Part shown: positions 35,868 to 43,794 of the stretch, piece after piece
Layout of the letters: every line of letters starts with the position of its first letter
Numbering within the stretch: the stretch's first letter is position 1
NCBI GenBank assembly: GCA_001805575.1
Contig: MHGN01000005.1
Span: forward strand, 1 to 54,515
DNA length: 54,515 bases
Direction of reading: 5' to 3'
DNA from: Omnitrophica WOR_2 bacterium RIFCSPHIGHO2_02_FULL_45_21
Lineage (GTDB): Bacteria; Omnitrophota; Gorgyraeia; Gygaellales; UBA12090
Notes under the pieces: model-generated
Seen by the model: only the letters and a program-made list of their open reading frames with translations
Told to the model about the DNA's origin: nothing
Databases searched by the model: none
Translations under genes and position numbers: made by a program

Positions 35868-36443
35868 ATGGCGGGAAGAGACAAGACAATGGAAATAGTT
35901 TCTGCCTCAATAAAGCAAACCCAGGAAATCGCCAGCAAATTAGCCAAATATCTTGAGCCTGGCGACGTGATAGCGCTGGTTGGTAATCTTGGTTCCGGTA
36001 AGACAGTTTTTCTCAAGGGTTTGGCTGTGGGCTTAGGCTGCAGTAAAAAAGAAGTTCTCAGCCCTACCTTTGTTTTGATGCGCAGGTATCAGGGGAAATT
36101 AACCCTGAATCATTTTGACCTTTACCGCCTCAAGGCTCTGCGTCAGCTTGAACAGATTGGTTTTGAAGAATATTTTTACAGCGGCGCCATCACGGTTATT
36201 GAGTGGGCGGACCGCATTCCAGATGCACTGCCCCAGGGATATTTGCGCCTTGAATTTAAAATTTTAACCAAAAATAAACGGCTGTTAAAATTTACGCCCA
36301 TCGGCACTTCGACTACGCTCAGTGTCAATGGTGAGCGAAGTCGAACCATCGGGGAAAGATATGCAAATTATCTCAGGGATCTTCAGGAGAAGAAGATTAA
36401 GCTTTCCCAAAGATATACGGCCAACCCAAAACAAGATCCGTAA
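35868..36443 (+). CDS. tsaE: tRNA t6A biosynthesis ATPase TsaE with a repeat-derived C-terminal extension
   Basis: P-loop GNLGSGKT, HFDLYRL, IEWADR motifs; ORF continues about 45 codons past the usual end, through a palindromic element and into rsmD. Confidence 0.8.
   Translation: MAGRDKTMEIVSASIKQTQEIASKLAKYLEPGDVIALVGNLGSGKTVFLKGLAVGLGCSKKEVLSPTFVLMRRYQGKLTLNHFDLYRLKALRQLEQIGFEEYFYSGAITVIEWADRIPDALPQGYLRLEFKILTKNKRLLKFTPIGTSTTLSVNGERSRTIGERYANYLRDLQEKKIKLSQRYTANPKQDP
36308..36345. repeat. TTCGACTACGCTCA palindromic element, copy 2
   Basis: TTCGACTACGCTCA (36308-36321), 10-nt loop, TGAGCGAAGTCGAA (36332-36345); 13 of 14 stem pairs. Confidence 0.85.
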
Positions 36444-36921
36444 GGCAATCTTTGATTGTCTGGGAAACTTTGTAAGAAAGAGCGCTGTGCTGGAACTTTT
36501 TGCCGGTTCAGGCGCCGTAGGAATCGAAGCGCTGTCCTGTGGCGCCCGGGAGGTTCATTTTGTTGACAATCAGGCCAGGTGCCTTAGATTAATTGAATCC
36601 AATCTTGCATCCTTGAAGGTAACGTCTTATGCGCTGCATAAAAAAGATTCTTTAAAAGCCATTGATTTCTTATCTGCCCAGGGCATAAGCTTTGATATAA
36701 TTTTTCTTGACCCGCCCTATAGGCAGGATCTGGCAAAAAATTCCTTGCTAAAAATAAGCAGTTGTGATATAGTTACACTTTCTGGTATAGTGGTTTTGGA
36801 ACATCACCATAAAGAAGAGCTGCCTGAAAGAGAGGGCAGCTTAATACTTTTTAAGCAGAAACGCTACGGCGACAAGGTGTTATCGTTTTATCAAATGAAG
36901 ACACAACTTAGCGAACGATAA
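36361..36921 (+). CDS. rsmD: 16S rRNA (guanine966-N2)-methyltransferase
   Basis: RPTQNKIRKAIFDCL, SAM motif LFAGSGAVGIEALS, DPPY; ATG at 36361 after GGGGAAAG gives the canonical N-terminus MQIISG. Confidence 0.85.
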   Translation: MQIISGIFRRRRLSFPKDIRPTQNKIRKAIFDCLGNFVRKSAVLELFAGSGAVGIEALSCGAREVHFVDNQARCLRLIESNLASLKVTSYALHKKDSLKAIDFLSAQGISFDIIFLDPPYRQDLAKNSLLKISSCDIVTLSGIVVLEHHHKEELPEREGSLILFKQKRYGDKVLSFYQMKTQLSER

Positions 36922-36953
36922 TGAAGCTAAGTTGTTGTCTGAATTTGCTCATT
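36903..36953 (+). repeat. Hairpin-plus-GCTCATT element, copy G
   Basis: ACAACTTAGC (36903-36912) pairs perfectly with GCTAAGTTGT (36926-36935), spanning the rsmD stop; TTGCTCATT at 36945-36953 precedes the coaD SD and ATG. Confidence 0.75.
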
Positions 36954-36963
36954 GGAGGGAAAA

Positions 36964-37473
36964 ATGTGTCAGAAAGCAATTTACCCGGGCTCATTTGATC
37001 CAGTAACCTACGGACATATTGATTTGATTCAGAGGGCGCAGAAGATATTTGAAACCGTGATTGTTGCGGTTGCCCACAATTCGCAGAAGAAACCTCTTTT
37101 CTCTATAAAAGAACGGGTGGATATGCTTAAAAAAGCTACCGCTGGTATGGATGGTATTATTATTGAAGATTTTGGCAGCTTGGTTGTAGATTATGCCCGT
37201 AAGCACAATATCGGCGTGATCATCAGGGGCTTACGGATGGTATCGGATTTTGAATATGAATTTCAGATGGCTTTGACTAACCGTAAGCTTTCCCGCGACG
37301 TAGAGACCATCTTTTTAATGCCTTCAGAGCAGTATTCCTATTTTTCCTCCCGACTGTTAAAAGAAACAGCGTTTCTGGGAGCGGATTTGTCTTCTTTTCT
37401 GCCTAAGGACGTTGAGCGCAGGTTAAAGGAAAAACTAAATGAGGCCAAAATTGATGGAGCGAAGCGAAGGTAA
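36964..37473 (+). CDS. coaD: Phosphopantetheine adenylyltransferase
   Basis: YPGSFDPVTYGHID nucleotidyltransferase motif; ATG 36964 follows GGAGGG by 4 nt (the ORF track TTG at 36952 overlaps that SD). Confidence 0.9.
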   Translation: MCQKAIYPGSFDPVTYGHIDLIQRAQKIFETVIVAVAHNSQKKPLFSIKERVDMLKKATAGMDGIIIEDFGSLVVDYARKHNIGVIIRGLRMVSDFEYEFQMALTNRKLSRDVETIFLMPSEQYSYFSSRLLKETAFLGADLSSFLPKDVERRLKEKLNEAKIDGAKRR

Positions 37474-37514
37474 ACTTATGCAGCGCCAAGTAACGACATA
37501 AGTTTAGTGCTCAT
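37471..37514 (+). repeat. Hairpin-plus-GCTCATT element, copy D
   Basis: TAAACTTATG (37471-37480, includes the coaD stop) pairs with CATAAGTTTA (37496-37505), then GTGCTCATT (37506-37514). Confidence 0.8.
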
Positions 37515-37519
37515 TGAAG

Positions 37520-37930
37520 ATGAAAATTGACTTAAACCAGTTTCCTGAGGCTCAAGTTATTGAGCTCCGAGAGCTCGAGCAGCCGCTAGATTTGGAAGTT
37601 TCTGGTATAAAGATATTATCTGCGATTGAGATAAAGGCTGAAGCGCTTAAGCTCCGAGATAATCTAGACGTTAAGATAGATTTAAAAACCATGGCTCTTA
37701 TGCAGTGTTCGCGCTGCCTTACCAATACCGAGGTTATTCTCCAGAAGGATTTCCGGCTCGATTATATTATAAGTAAGCATGATAGCTTTGTAGACTTGAG
37801 CGAGGACATACGTCAGGAGATTATCCTGGATTATCCTCTTAAGCCGTTATGCAAGTCATCTTGTAAAGGTCTTTGTGTCAAATGCGGTAAGAACCTGAAT
37901 GAAGGAGATTGTAAGTGTGTAAGCGTGTGA
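37520..37930 (+). CDS. DUF177 (YceD-like) protein upstream of rpmF
   Basis: Cys motifs CSRC ... CKSSCKGLCVKCG, conserved position before L32; ATG at 37520 preferred over the TTG at 37514. Confidence 0.8.
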   Translation: MKIDLNQFPEAQVIELRELEQPLDLEVSGIKILSAIEIKAEALKLRDNLDVKIDLKTMALMQCSRCLTNTEVILQKDFRLDYIISKHDSFVDLSEDIRQEIILDYPLKPLCKSSCKGLCVKCGKNLNEGDCKCVSV

Positions 37931-38000
37931 GTATTTAAGCGGACTTAAAAACTTTACACTTATACACTTTACACTCCCAGCGACTGGAAGGAGCGAGGTT

Positions 38001-38201
38001 ATGCCATTACCGAAGAGAAGATTTTCCCGTTCACGCACGCGCAAGAAAAGGGCGCATAAGCTGTATAGGTTAGGGCAGTTTGCTATCTGTCCTCAATGCA
38101 AGCAGCCAAAACAGCCGCATCAGGTTTGTCCGCTATGCGGTTACTATAAAGGCAGACAGGTTATTGAGATTAAGGTGAAAGAGAAGAAGAAAAAGCAATA
38201 G
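38001..38201 (+). CDS. rpmF: 50S ribosomal protein L32
   Basis: MPLPKRRFSRSRTRKKRAH N-terminus and CPQC...CPLCGYY zinc ribbon; GGAGCGAGG upstream. Confidence 0.95.
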   Translation: MPLPKRRFSRSRTRKKRAHKLYRLGQFAICPQCKQPKQPHQVCPLCGYYKGRQVIEIKVKEKKKKQ

Positions 38202-38275
38202 TAAATGCGGCCACAATTGAATTTTAACATATTTATGGTCGCATTTACCCTGAGCGTAGCGAAGGGTCTCCGTAT

Positions 38276-39340
38276 ATGAAAATAGCCGTAGACGCAATGG
38301 GCGGTGATTACGCGCCCGCTGAGGTAGTTAAAGGCGCAGTGAGCGCAGCTAAGGAATTTGGCTGCCAGATAGCGCTGGTAGGTATTGAAGAGCGTATCAA
38401 AGCAGAGCTAAAGAGGTTTAGGCCCTATCCTGATTCTCTTGAAATAATCCATGCTTCTGAAGTTATCGGGATGGATGAGCCCGCCGCTTTAAGCATCAGG
38501 AAAAAACGTGATTCATCGATCATCCGTTGTGTCGAGCTTTTAAAATCACAAAAAGCCGACGCCTTCTTTAGCGCGGGAAATACCGGTGCGGTGGTCTGCG
38601 CCGCGACCCTGGGCTTAGGGATGCTTAGCAACGTTGAGCGGCCGGGCATTGCCGTAATAACTCCTACATTAAGGAAAAATCCTACATTGGTAATTGATGT
38701 GGGCGCGAATATTGATGCCAAGCCAACGCAGCTTCTGCAGTACGCGCTTATGGCTGAGGTTTACTATCGCCACATCTTCAAGTACGAGAAGCCGTCGGTA
38801 GGCCTGTTGAATATCGGAGAGGAAGCGGCTAAGGGAACTGATTTTATCAAAGAGACTTATCAGTTACTGGCAGATACGGATTTGAATTTTCAGGGTAACG
38901 TTGAAGGCAAAGATATTTTTAAGGGCAAGACCGAGATCGTTGTTTGCGACGGTTTTGTCGGCAATGTAGCCCTGAAGGTTTCTGAGGGAGTTGCCGAGGC
39001 GCTTAGTGAAATATTGAAGCGGGAATTGCTCAAAAGCCTGCTCGCCAAAATCGGTTTATTTTTTATCTATAACAGCTTACGGCGGGTGAAGAAGCATCTG
39101 GACTATTCTGAATACGGAGGCGCTCCGCTCTTAGGGGTTAACGGAATAGTAATCATTGGCCATGGCCGTTCATCAGCAAAGGCAGTTAAGAATGCCATAC
39201 GCGTGGCGATAAAAGAAGTAGAAAACAATGTGATTCAGAAGATGACAGAGTCAATCCAAAGTATAAGCAGAGAACCGCGGAACCAGAGAAATACGGAAAA
39301 CATAGAACCAGAAAAGACAGAGAGGCCAGGCATAAAGTGA
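38276..39340 (+). CDS. plsX: Phosphate acyltransferase PlsX
   Basis: MKIAVDAMGGDYAP N-terminus, GNTGA, CDGFVGN motifs; low-complexity C-terminal tail. Confidence 0.9.
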   Translation: MKIAVDAMGGDYAPAEVVKGAVSAAKEFGCQIALVGIEERIKAELKRFRPYPDSLEIIHASEVIGMDEPAALSIRKKRDSSIIRCVELLKSQKADAFFSAGNTGAVVCAATLGLGMLSNVERPGIAVITPTLRKNPTLVIDVGANIDAKPTQLLQYALMAEVYYRHIFKYEKPSVGLLNIGEEAAKGTDFIKETYQLLADTDLNFQGNVEGKDIFKGKTEIVVCDGFVGNVALKVSEGVAEALSEILKRELLKSLLAKIGLFFIYNSLRRVKKHLDYSEYGGAPLLGVNGIVIIGHGRSSAKAVKNAIRVAIKEVENNVIQKMTESIQSISREPRNQRNTENIEPEKTERPGIK

Positions 39341-40314
39341 AAGCGGTAGGAATTATAGGGTTAGGAAAGTATTTGCCAAAGAGGATATTGACTAATCAAG
39401 ATTTAGAAAAGACGGTGGATACTTCCGATGAGTGGATAGTTACCCGCACCGGAATAAGGCAGCGCCGCTTAGCGGCCACAAAAGAGGCAACCAGCGATAT
39501 GGCAATACGCGCGGCTATAGGCGCTCTCAAAGATGCCAAAATAAAAACTGAAGCGGTGGAATTAATCATCACGGCAACTACAACCCCGGACATGCAGTTT
39601 CCTTCGACAGCCTGCATTATCCAGAGCGCCCTGGGCGCAAGGAGGGCGGCGTGTTTTGATGTCTCAGCGGCTTGCGCAGGATTTGTCTATGCGCTTGTCA
39701 TTGCCCAGCAGTTCGTGAGCCGGGGGGTATACAGGAATGCTCTGGTTATCGGCGCAGAAAAGCTTTCTTCCATTGTTGATTGGCAAGACCGCAATACCTG
39801 TGTTTTGTTTGGCGATGGAGCAGGGGCTGCGCTGGTTGCGCCGGTCAAAAGAGGAGGAATTATTTCTACCTATTTAGGCAGCGACGGCTCAGGAGGGGAT
39901 TTATTATTGCTCCCCGGAGGCGGTTCGCGCCATCCGGCAACGCATCAGACCATTGATAAACGATTGCATTATGTCAAGATGCAAGGCAACGAACTCTTCA
40001 AGCTGGCAGTTAAAATAATGGCAGATGCAGCGCATAAGGCCTTAAAACAGGCAGGCCTTTCCTGTAAAGACGTAGACTGTTTTATACCTCACCAGGCAAA
40101 TCTAAGGATTATTTTAGCCGCTGCCAAGAGGTTGGGCCTTGATACCAAGAAGATTTATATGAATATAGAGAAATACGGCAATATGTCTTCAGCCTCTACC
40201 ATAATTGCCCTTTGTGAGGCGGTTAAGTGCGGTAGGATAAAAAAGGGCGATATCGTGGTGCTTGACGTCTTTGGCGCGGGCTTAGTCTGGGGGGCCTGCG
40301 TGATTAAATGGTAG
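39337..40314 (+). CDS. fabH: 3-oxoacyl-ACP synthase III
   Basis: Active-site contexts AACAGF, PHQANLRI, GNMSSAS; GTG start overlapping the plsX stop. Confidence 0.9.
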   Translation: MKAVGIIGLGKYLPKRILTNQDLEKTVDTSDEWIVTRTGIRQRRLAATKEATSDMAIRAAIGALKDAKIKTEAVELIITATTTPDMQFPSTACIIQSALGARRAACFDVSAACAGFVYALVIAQQFVSRGVYRNALVIGAEKLSSIVDWQDRNTCVLFGDGAGAALVAPVKRGGIISTYLGSDGSGGDLLLLPGGGSRHPATHQTIDKRLHYVKMQGNELFKLAVKIMADAAHKALKQAGLSCKDVDCFIPHQANLRIILAAAKRLGLDTKKIYMNIEKYGNMSSASTIIALCEAVKCGRIKKGDIVVLDVFGAGLVWGACVIKW

Positions 40315-41237
40315 CTTTCGTATTTCCAGGCCAGGGCGCTCAGTATGTGGGAATGGGCAAAGACCTCTACGAGACTTTTAAAGAGAGTAAGGCGGTCTTT
40401 GCTCAGGCAGATGAGGTCCTGGGATTTTCTCTATCTAAGCTTTGTTTTGAGGGGCCCCAGGAAAGGCTTACCCTTACTCAAAATTGTCAGCCAGCCATTC
40501 TTACGGTAAGTATAGCAGCGCTAGAGGCTTTAAAATCCAGTATCCAGTATCCAGTATCCAGTATCCAGTATGCCGCGGGCTTGAGCCTGGGTGAATACTC
40601 TGCGCTTGTGGCAAGCGAAGTATTAAGCTTTGAAGATGGCCTGCGCTTAGTGCGCAAGAGGGCAGAGCTGATGGAGGAGGCTGCCCGCAGAAATCCGGGA
40701 AAAATGGCGGCAATACTGGGGTTAGAAAGAAGCGCACTTGAAGCTCTCTGTAAAAAAAGCAATGCCGAGTTGGCTAATATTAACTGTCCGGGCCAGATGG
40801 TGGTCAGCGGCAAGACAGAGGCGGTTGAGAAGGTAAAAAATCTGGCGCTTGAGAAAGGCGCCAAAAGAGCGATTGATTTGGAGGTTTCGGGAGCGTTTCA
40901 TTCTTCATTGATGAAGCAGGCAGCTCTGGAGTTTAAGTCCTTCCTGGAAGGTTTTAGCTTAAAAACTGGCTCAATTCCTCTGGTAAGCAATGTTACGGCT
41001 AAGCCGGGATATGAGGCAGGGGAAATACGCGAGAACTTATTTAAACAGATTTATAGCCCGGTCCTCTGGGAAGATTCGGTCAGGTTTATGGCAAAAAAGG
41101 GTGTTAAGACCTTCTACGAAATAGGCCCGGGAAGCGTCTTGAAAGGCCTTATTAGAAAAATAAACCCGGAATTGACCGTAATAAACATAGGAAAGAAGGA
41201 AGACGTTGATAAGTGTGTCAGCTCTAACCCGAGCTGA
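40308..41237 (+). CDS. fabD: Malonyl-CoA:ACP transacylase
   Basis: FVFPGQGAQYVGMG, nucleophile elbow GLSLGEYSAL, SGAFHS motifs. Confidence 0.9.
   Translation: MVAFVFPGQGAQYVGMGKDLYETFKESKAVFAQADEVLGFSLSKLCFEGPQERLTLTQNCQPAILTVSIAALEALKSSIQYPVSSIQYAAGLSLGEYSALVASEVLSFEDGLRLVRKRAELMEEAARRNPGKMAAILGLERSALEALCKKSNAELANINCPGQMVVSGKTEAVEKVKNLALEKGAKRAIDLEVSGAFHSSLMKQAALEFKSFLEGFSLKTGSIPLVSNVTAKPGYEAGEIRENLFKQIYSPVLWEDSVRFMAKKGVKTFYEIGPGSVLKGLIRKINPELTVINIGKKEDVDKCVSSNPS
40536..40571. repeat. Heptanucleotide tandem array (TCCAGTA) x5 inside fabD
   Basis: Five perfect copies 40536-40570 plus T; translated SSIQYPVSSIQY, immediately before the GxSxG elbow. Confidence 0.95.
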
Positions 41238-41253
41238 TTAAAGGAGCGAGGTA

Positions 41254-41997
41254 ATGCGGCTTAAGGATAAAGTAGCCCTGGTAACCGGTAGCGCAAGGGG
41301 TATCGGAAGAGAAATTGCCTTATGTTTTGCCAGGCAGGGAGCTCATATAGTCATCTGGGACGTAAATCTTGAAGCAGCGAAGCAAACCCAGAAGGATATT
41401 GAGGCTCTGGGGGTCAAGGGTATGGGAGCTGAGGTTGACGTTACCAATTTTAACCGGGTAGAGGAAGCGATAAACAAAATCCTTGACAAATTTCAGAAGC
41501 TTGATATATTAGTAAACAATGCAGGTATCACCAAAGACAATATTTTATTGAGGATGCCTGAGGCAGATTGGGATGCGGTTATAAGTGTAAATCTTAAAGG
41601 CACTTTTAACTGTACCAAGGCCGCCTCAAAGGTGATGTTGAAGCAAAGGCAGGGTAAAATAGTCAATATTGCCTCGATCATTGGCATAATCGGTAATTTC
41701 GGTCAGGCTAACTATTCTGCATCTAAGGCAGGGATTATCGCCCTTACCAAAACAACAGCTAAAGAGCTGGCATCTAGAGGTATCTGTGTCAATGCGGCAG
41801 CTCCTGGATTCATCCAGACAGAAATGACCGCAAAGTTAGCTCCCCAGATACAGGAGAAGATGCTGGCAGCAATTCCCTTAAACAGATTTGGTAAGCCTGA
41901 AGATGTGGCTAATCTATGTTTATTCTTAGCCTCGAGTGACTCTGATTATATCACCGGTCAGACCATTATCATAGATGGCGGTATGGTAATGGTATAA
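41254..41997 (+). CDS. fabG: 3-oxoacyl-ACP reductase
   Basis: SDR motifs TGSARGIGREIA, NNAG, YSASKAG. Confidence 0.9.
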   Translation: MRLKDKVALVTGSARGIGREIALCFARQGAHIVIWDVNLEAAKQTQKDIEALGVKGMGAEVDVTNFNRVEEAINKILDKFQKLDILVNNAGITKDNILLRMPEADWDAVISVNLKGTFNCTKAASKVMLKQRQGKIVNIASIIGIIGNFGQANYSASKAGIIALTKTTAKELASRGICVNAAAPGFIQTEMTAKLAPQIQEKMLAAIPLNRFGKPEDVANLCLFLASSDSDYITGQTIIIDGGMVMV

Positions 41998-42067
41998 AGT
42001 GTAGCTAAGCTATGCTGAAAGTTAATTCGCCCCGCCATCGGAGGGGCTCATTAAGGAGGAGGAAATA

Positions 42068-42310
42068 ATGGCAGTAGCAGATAAAGTAAGGTCAATAATA
42101 GCAGAACAGTTAGGAGTAAAACCTGAGGAAGTTACTCCCAGCGCATCGTTTATTGATGATTTGGGGGCAGATTCCCTTGATACCGTAGAATTAGTCATGG
42201 CTCTGGAAGAAGAATTTGGTATTGAGATTCCCGATGAGGATGCCGAGAAGATGGCTACCGTTGGAGATGCCGTTAAGTATATTGAAGAAAAGGCAGGAGC
42301 GAATAAATAA
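42068..42310 (+). CDS. acpP: Acyl carrier protein
   Basis: [18 protein letters not shown] phosphopantetheine attachment motif; AAGGAGGAGG upstream. Confidence 0.95.
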   Translation: MAVADKVRSIIAEQLGVKPEEVTPSASFIDDLGADSLDTVELVMALEEEFGIEIPDEDAEKMATVGDAVKYIEEKAGANK

Positions 42311-42341
42311 TTTGCCGCCTGCGATTTATTAAGGTATAAGA

Positions 42342-42375
42342 GCCCCGGTCAATTACGATCGGGGCAAATTTTTTA
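42342..42375 (+). terminator. Rho-independent terminator/attenuator after acpP
   Basis: GCCCCGGTC (42342-42350) / GATCGGGGC (42357-42365), followed by AAATTTTTT. Confidence 0.65.
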
Positions 42376-42383
42376 AGTGAGGC

Positions 42384-42438
42384 CATAAGTTATGGAGTCC
42401 GTCAAAGAACAGCAGTAGACGACATAACTTATTTCATT
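42384..42438 (+). repeat. Hairpin-plus-TTCATT element, copy E
   Basis: CATAAGTTATG (42384-42394) pairs with CATAACTTAT (42423-42432), then TTCATT (42433-42438), 3 nt before the fabF ATG. Confidence 0.6.
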
Positions 42439-42441
42439 AAG

Positions 42442-43683
42442 ATGAAAAGAAGAGTAGTCATCACAGGATTGGGAGTCATTTCTCCAGTCGGTAACGATGT
42501 AGAGAGTTTCTGGCAGGCCTTAATCTCCGGTAAGAGCGGGATAGGCCCGACTACTTCTTTTGACGCTTCAAGCTTTGATTCAAGGATAGCCGGAGAAGTA
42601 AAGGATTTTGAACCCACTAAGTATATGGATGCTAAAGAAGCCAAGCGAATGGAGAAATTCGCCCAGTTCGCGGTTGCGGTTGGTAAACAGGCGGTTACTG
42701 ATGCAGGACTGGACCTGGCAAAAGAGGATGCGAATCGTATCGGAGTGATAGTCGGTTCTGGGATTGGAAGCCTGCGTATTGTGGAGGAACAATGCAGAAT
42801 ATATTTTGAGAAAGGCCCTTCAAGGTTTTCGCCTTTTATGATCCCTATGCTCATCGTTAATGAGGCGGCAGGCCATATTTCCATAACCCTAGGCCTTAAA
42901 GGCCCTAATTCCTGCGTAGCTACCGCCTGCGCCTCAGGTTCTCATGCTATCGGAGATGCCTTTCGCATAGTCAGCTATGGAGATGCTGATATTATGCTCG
43001 CCGGAGGGACGGAAAGCTGCGTCACCGCTCTGGGAGTGGGAGGTTTTTGCGCTCTTAAAGCTCTTTCGCGCCGGAATGACTCACCAGAAAAGGCATCACG
43101 TCCCTTTGATAAACTGCGGGACGGCTTTGTGATGGCAGAAGGAGCAGGGATTGTGGTCCTGGAATCCTTAGAACACGCCTTAAAGAGAAATGCCCGTATC
43201 TACGCAGAAATAGTCGGTTATGGCATGTCCGCGGATGCCTATCATATGACTGCCCCTGATGCTACCGGAGACGGGGCAATGAGGGCAATGCAGGCCGCCT
43301 TAACTGACGGCAATATCAGGCCCGAAGAGATGGATTATATTAATGCCCACGGGACTTCAACCCTTTTAAACGATAAGATAGAAACTTTAGCCATAAAGAA
43401 GGCCTTTGGAAGCCATGCCTATAAAATTGCGGTTAACTCCACCAAGTCAATGACCGGCCATCTCTTAGGCGCTGCCGGAGGCGTAGAGTTTATTGTCTTG
43501 TGCCTCTCAATTTATCACTCCCTGCTTCATCCCACGATAAACCAGGAAGTCCCCGATCCCGATTGCGACCTGGATTATGTGCCTAATTTTTCCCGGAAGA
43601 TGGAAGTAAACGTAGCCATGTCTAACTCATTAGGTTTTGGCGGCCACAACGCCACCCTGGTCGCAAAGAGGTTCAAAGAATAA
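42442..43683 (+). CDS. fabF: 3-oxoacyl-ACP synthase II
   Basis: Cys-His-His contexts ATACASGSHA, NAHGTST, GHLLGAAG. Confidence 0.95.
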   Translation: MKRRVVITGLGVISPVGNDVESFWQALISGKSGIGPTTSFDASSFDSRIAGEVKDFEPTKYMDAKEAKRMEKFAQFAVAVGKQAVTDAGLDLAKEDANRIGVIVGSGIGSLRIVEEQCRIYFEKGPSRFSPFMIPMLIVNEAAGHISITLGLKGPNSCVATACASGSHAIGDAFRIVSYGDADIMLAGGTESCVTALGVGGFCALKALSRRNDSPEKASRPFDKLRDGFVMAEGAGIVVLESLEHALKRNARIYAEIVGYGMSADAYHMTAPDATGDGAMRAMQAALTDGNIRPEEMDYINAHGTSTLLNDKIETLAIKKAFGSHAYKIAVNSTKSMTGHLLGAAGGVEFIVLCLSIYHSLLHPTINQEVPDPDCDLDYVPNFSRKMEVNVAMSNSLGFGGHNATLVAKRFKE

Positions 43684-43794
43684 TAAAAATCTACCCCTCG
43701 GGCTAAATCAGATCCTTTTGCGCTTTAACAAGTTATAGAAACGAGCGCTGAAGGATCAGGATAAATCTACCCGAAGGGCAGATTTATCCTGAAT

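Noticed and set aside
39255-39340. Repeat-like C-terminal tail of PlsX (SREPRNQRNTENIEPEKTERPGIK; AGAACC recurs)
   Set aside because: It is only loose low-complexity purine-rich sequence, with no strict period or palindrome. That is not enough to call it an element.
11523-40571. Heptamer arrays in lolD and fabD as phase-variation (on/off) switches
   Set aside because: Both genes are essential single-copy housekeeping genes, so an off state would be lethal. Only in-frame triple-unit changes could be tolerated. A contingency role is considered only for the envelope protein at 16834-16868.
43684-43794. T-box riboswitch or leucine leader-peptide attenuator upstream of leuC
   Set aside because: The spacer is only 111 nt with no start codon or Leu-rich mini-ORF and no recognisable T-box sequence.
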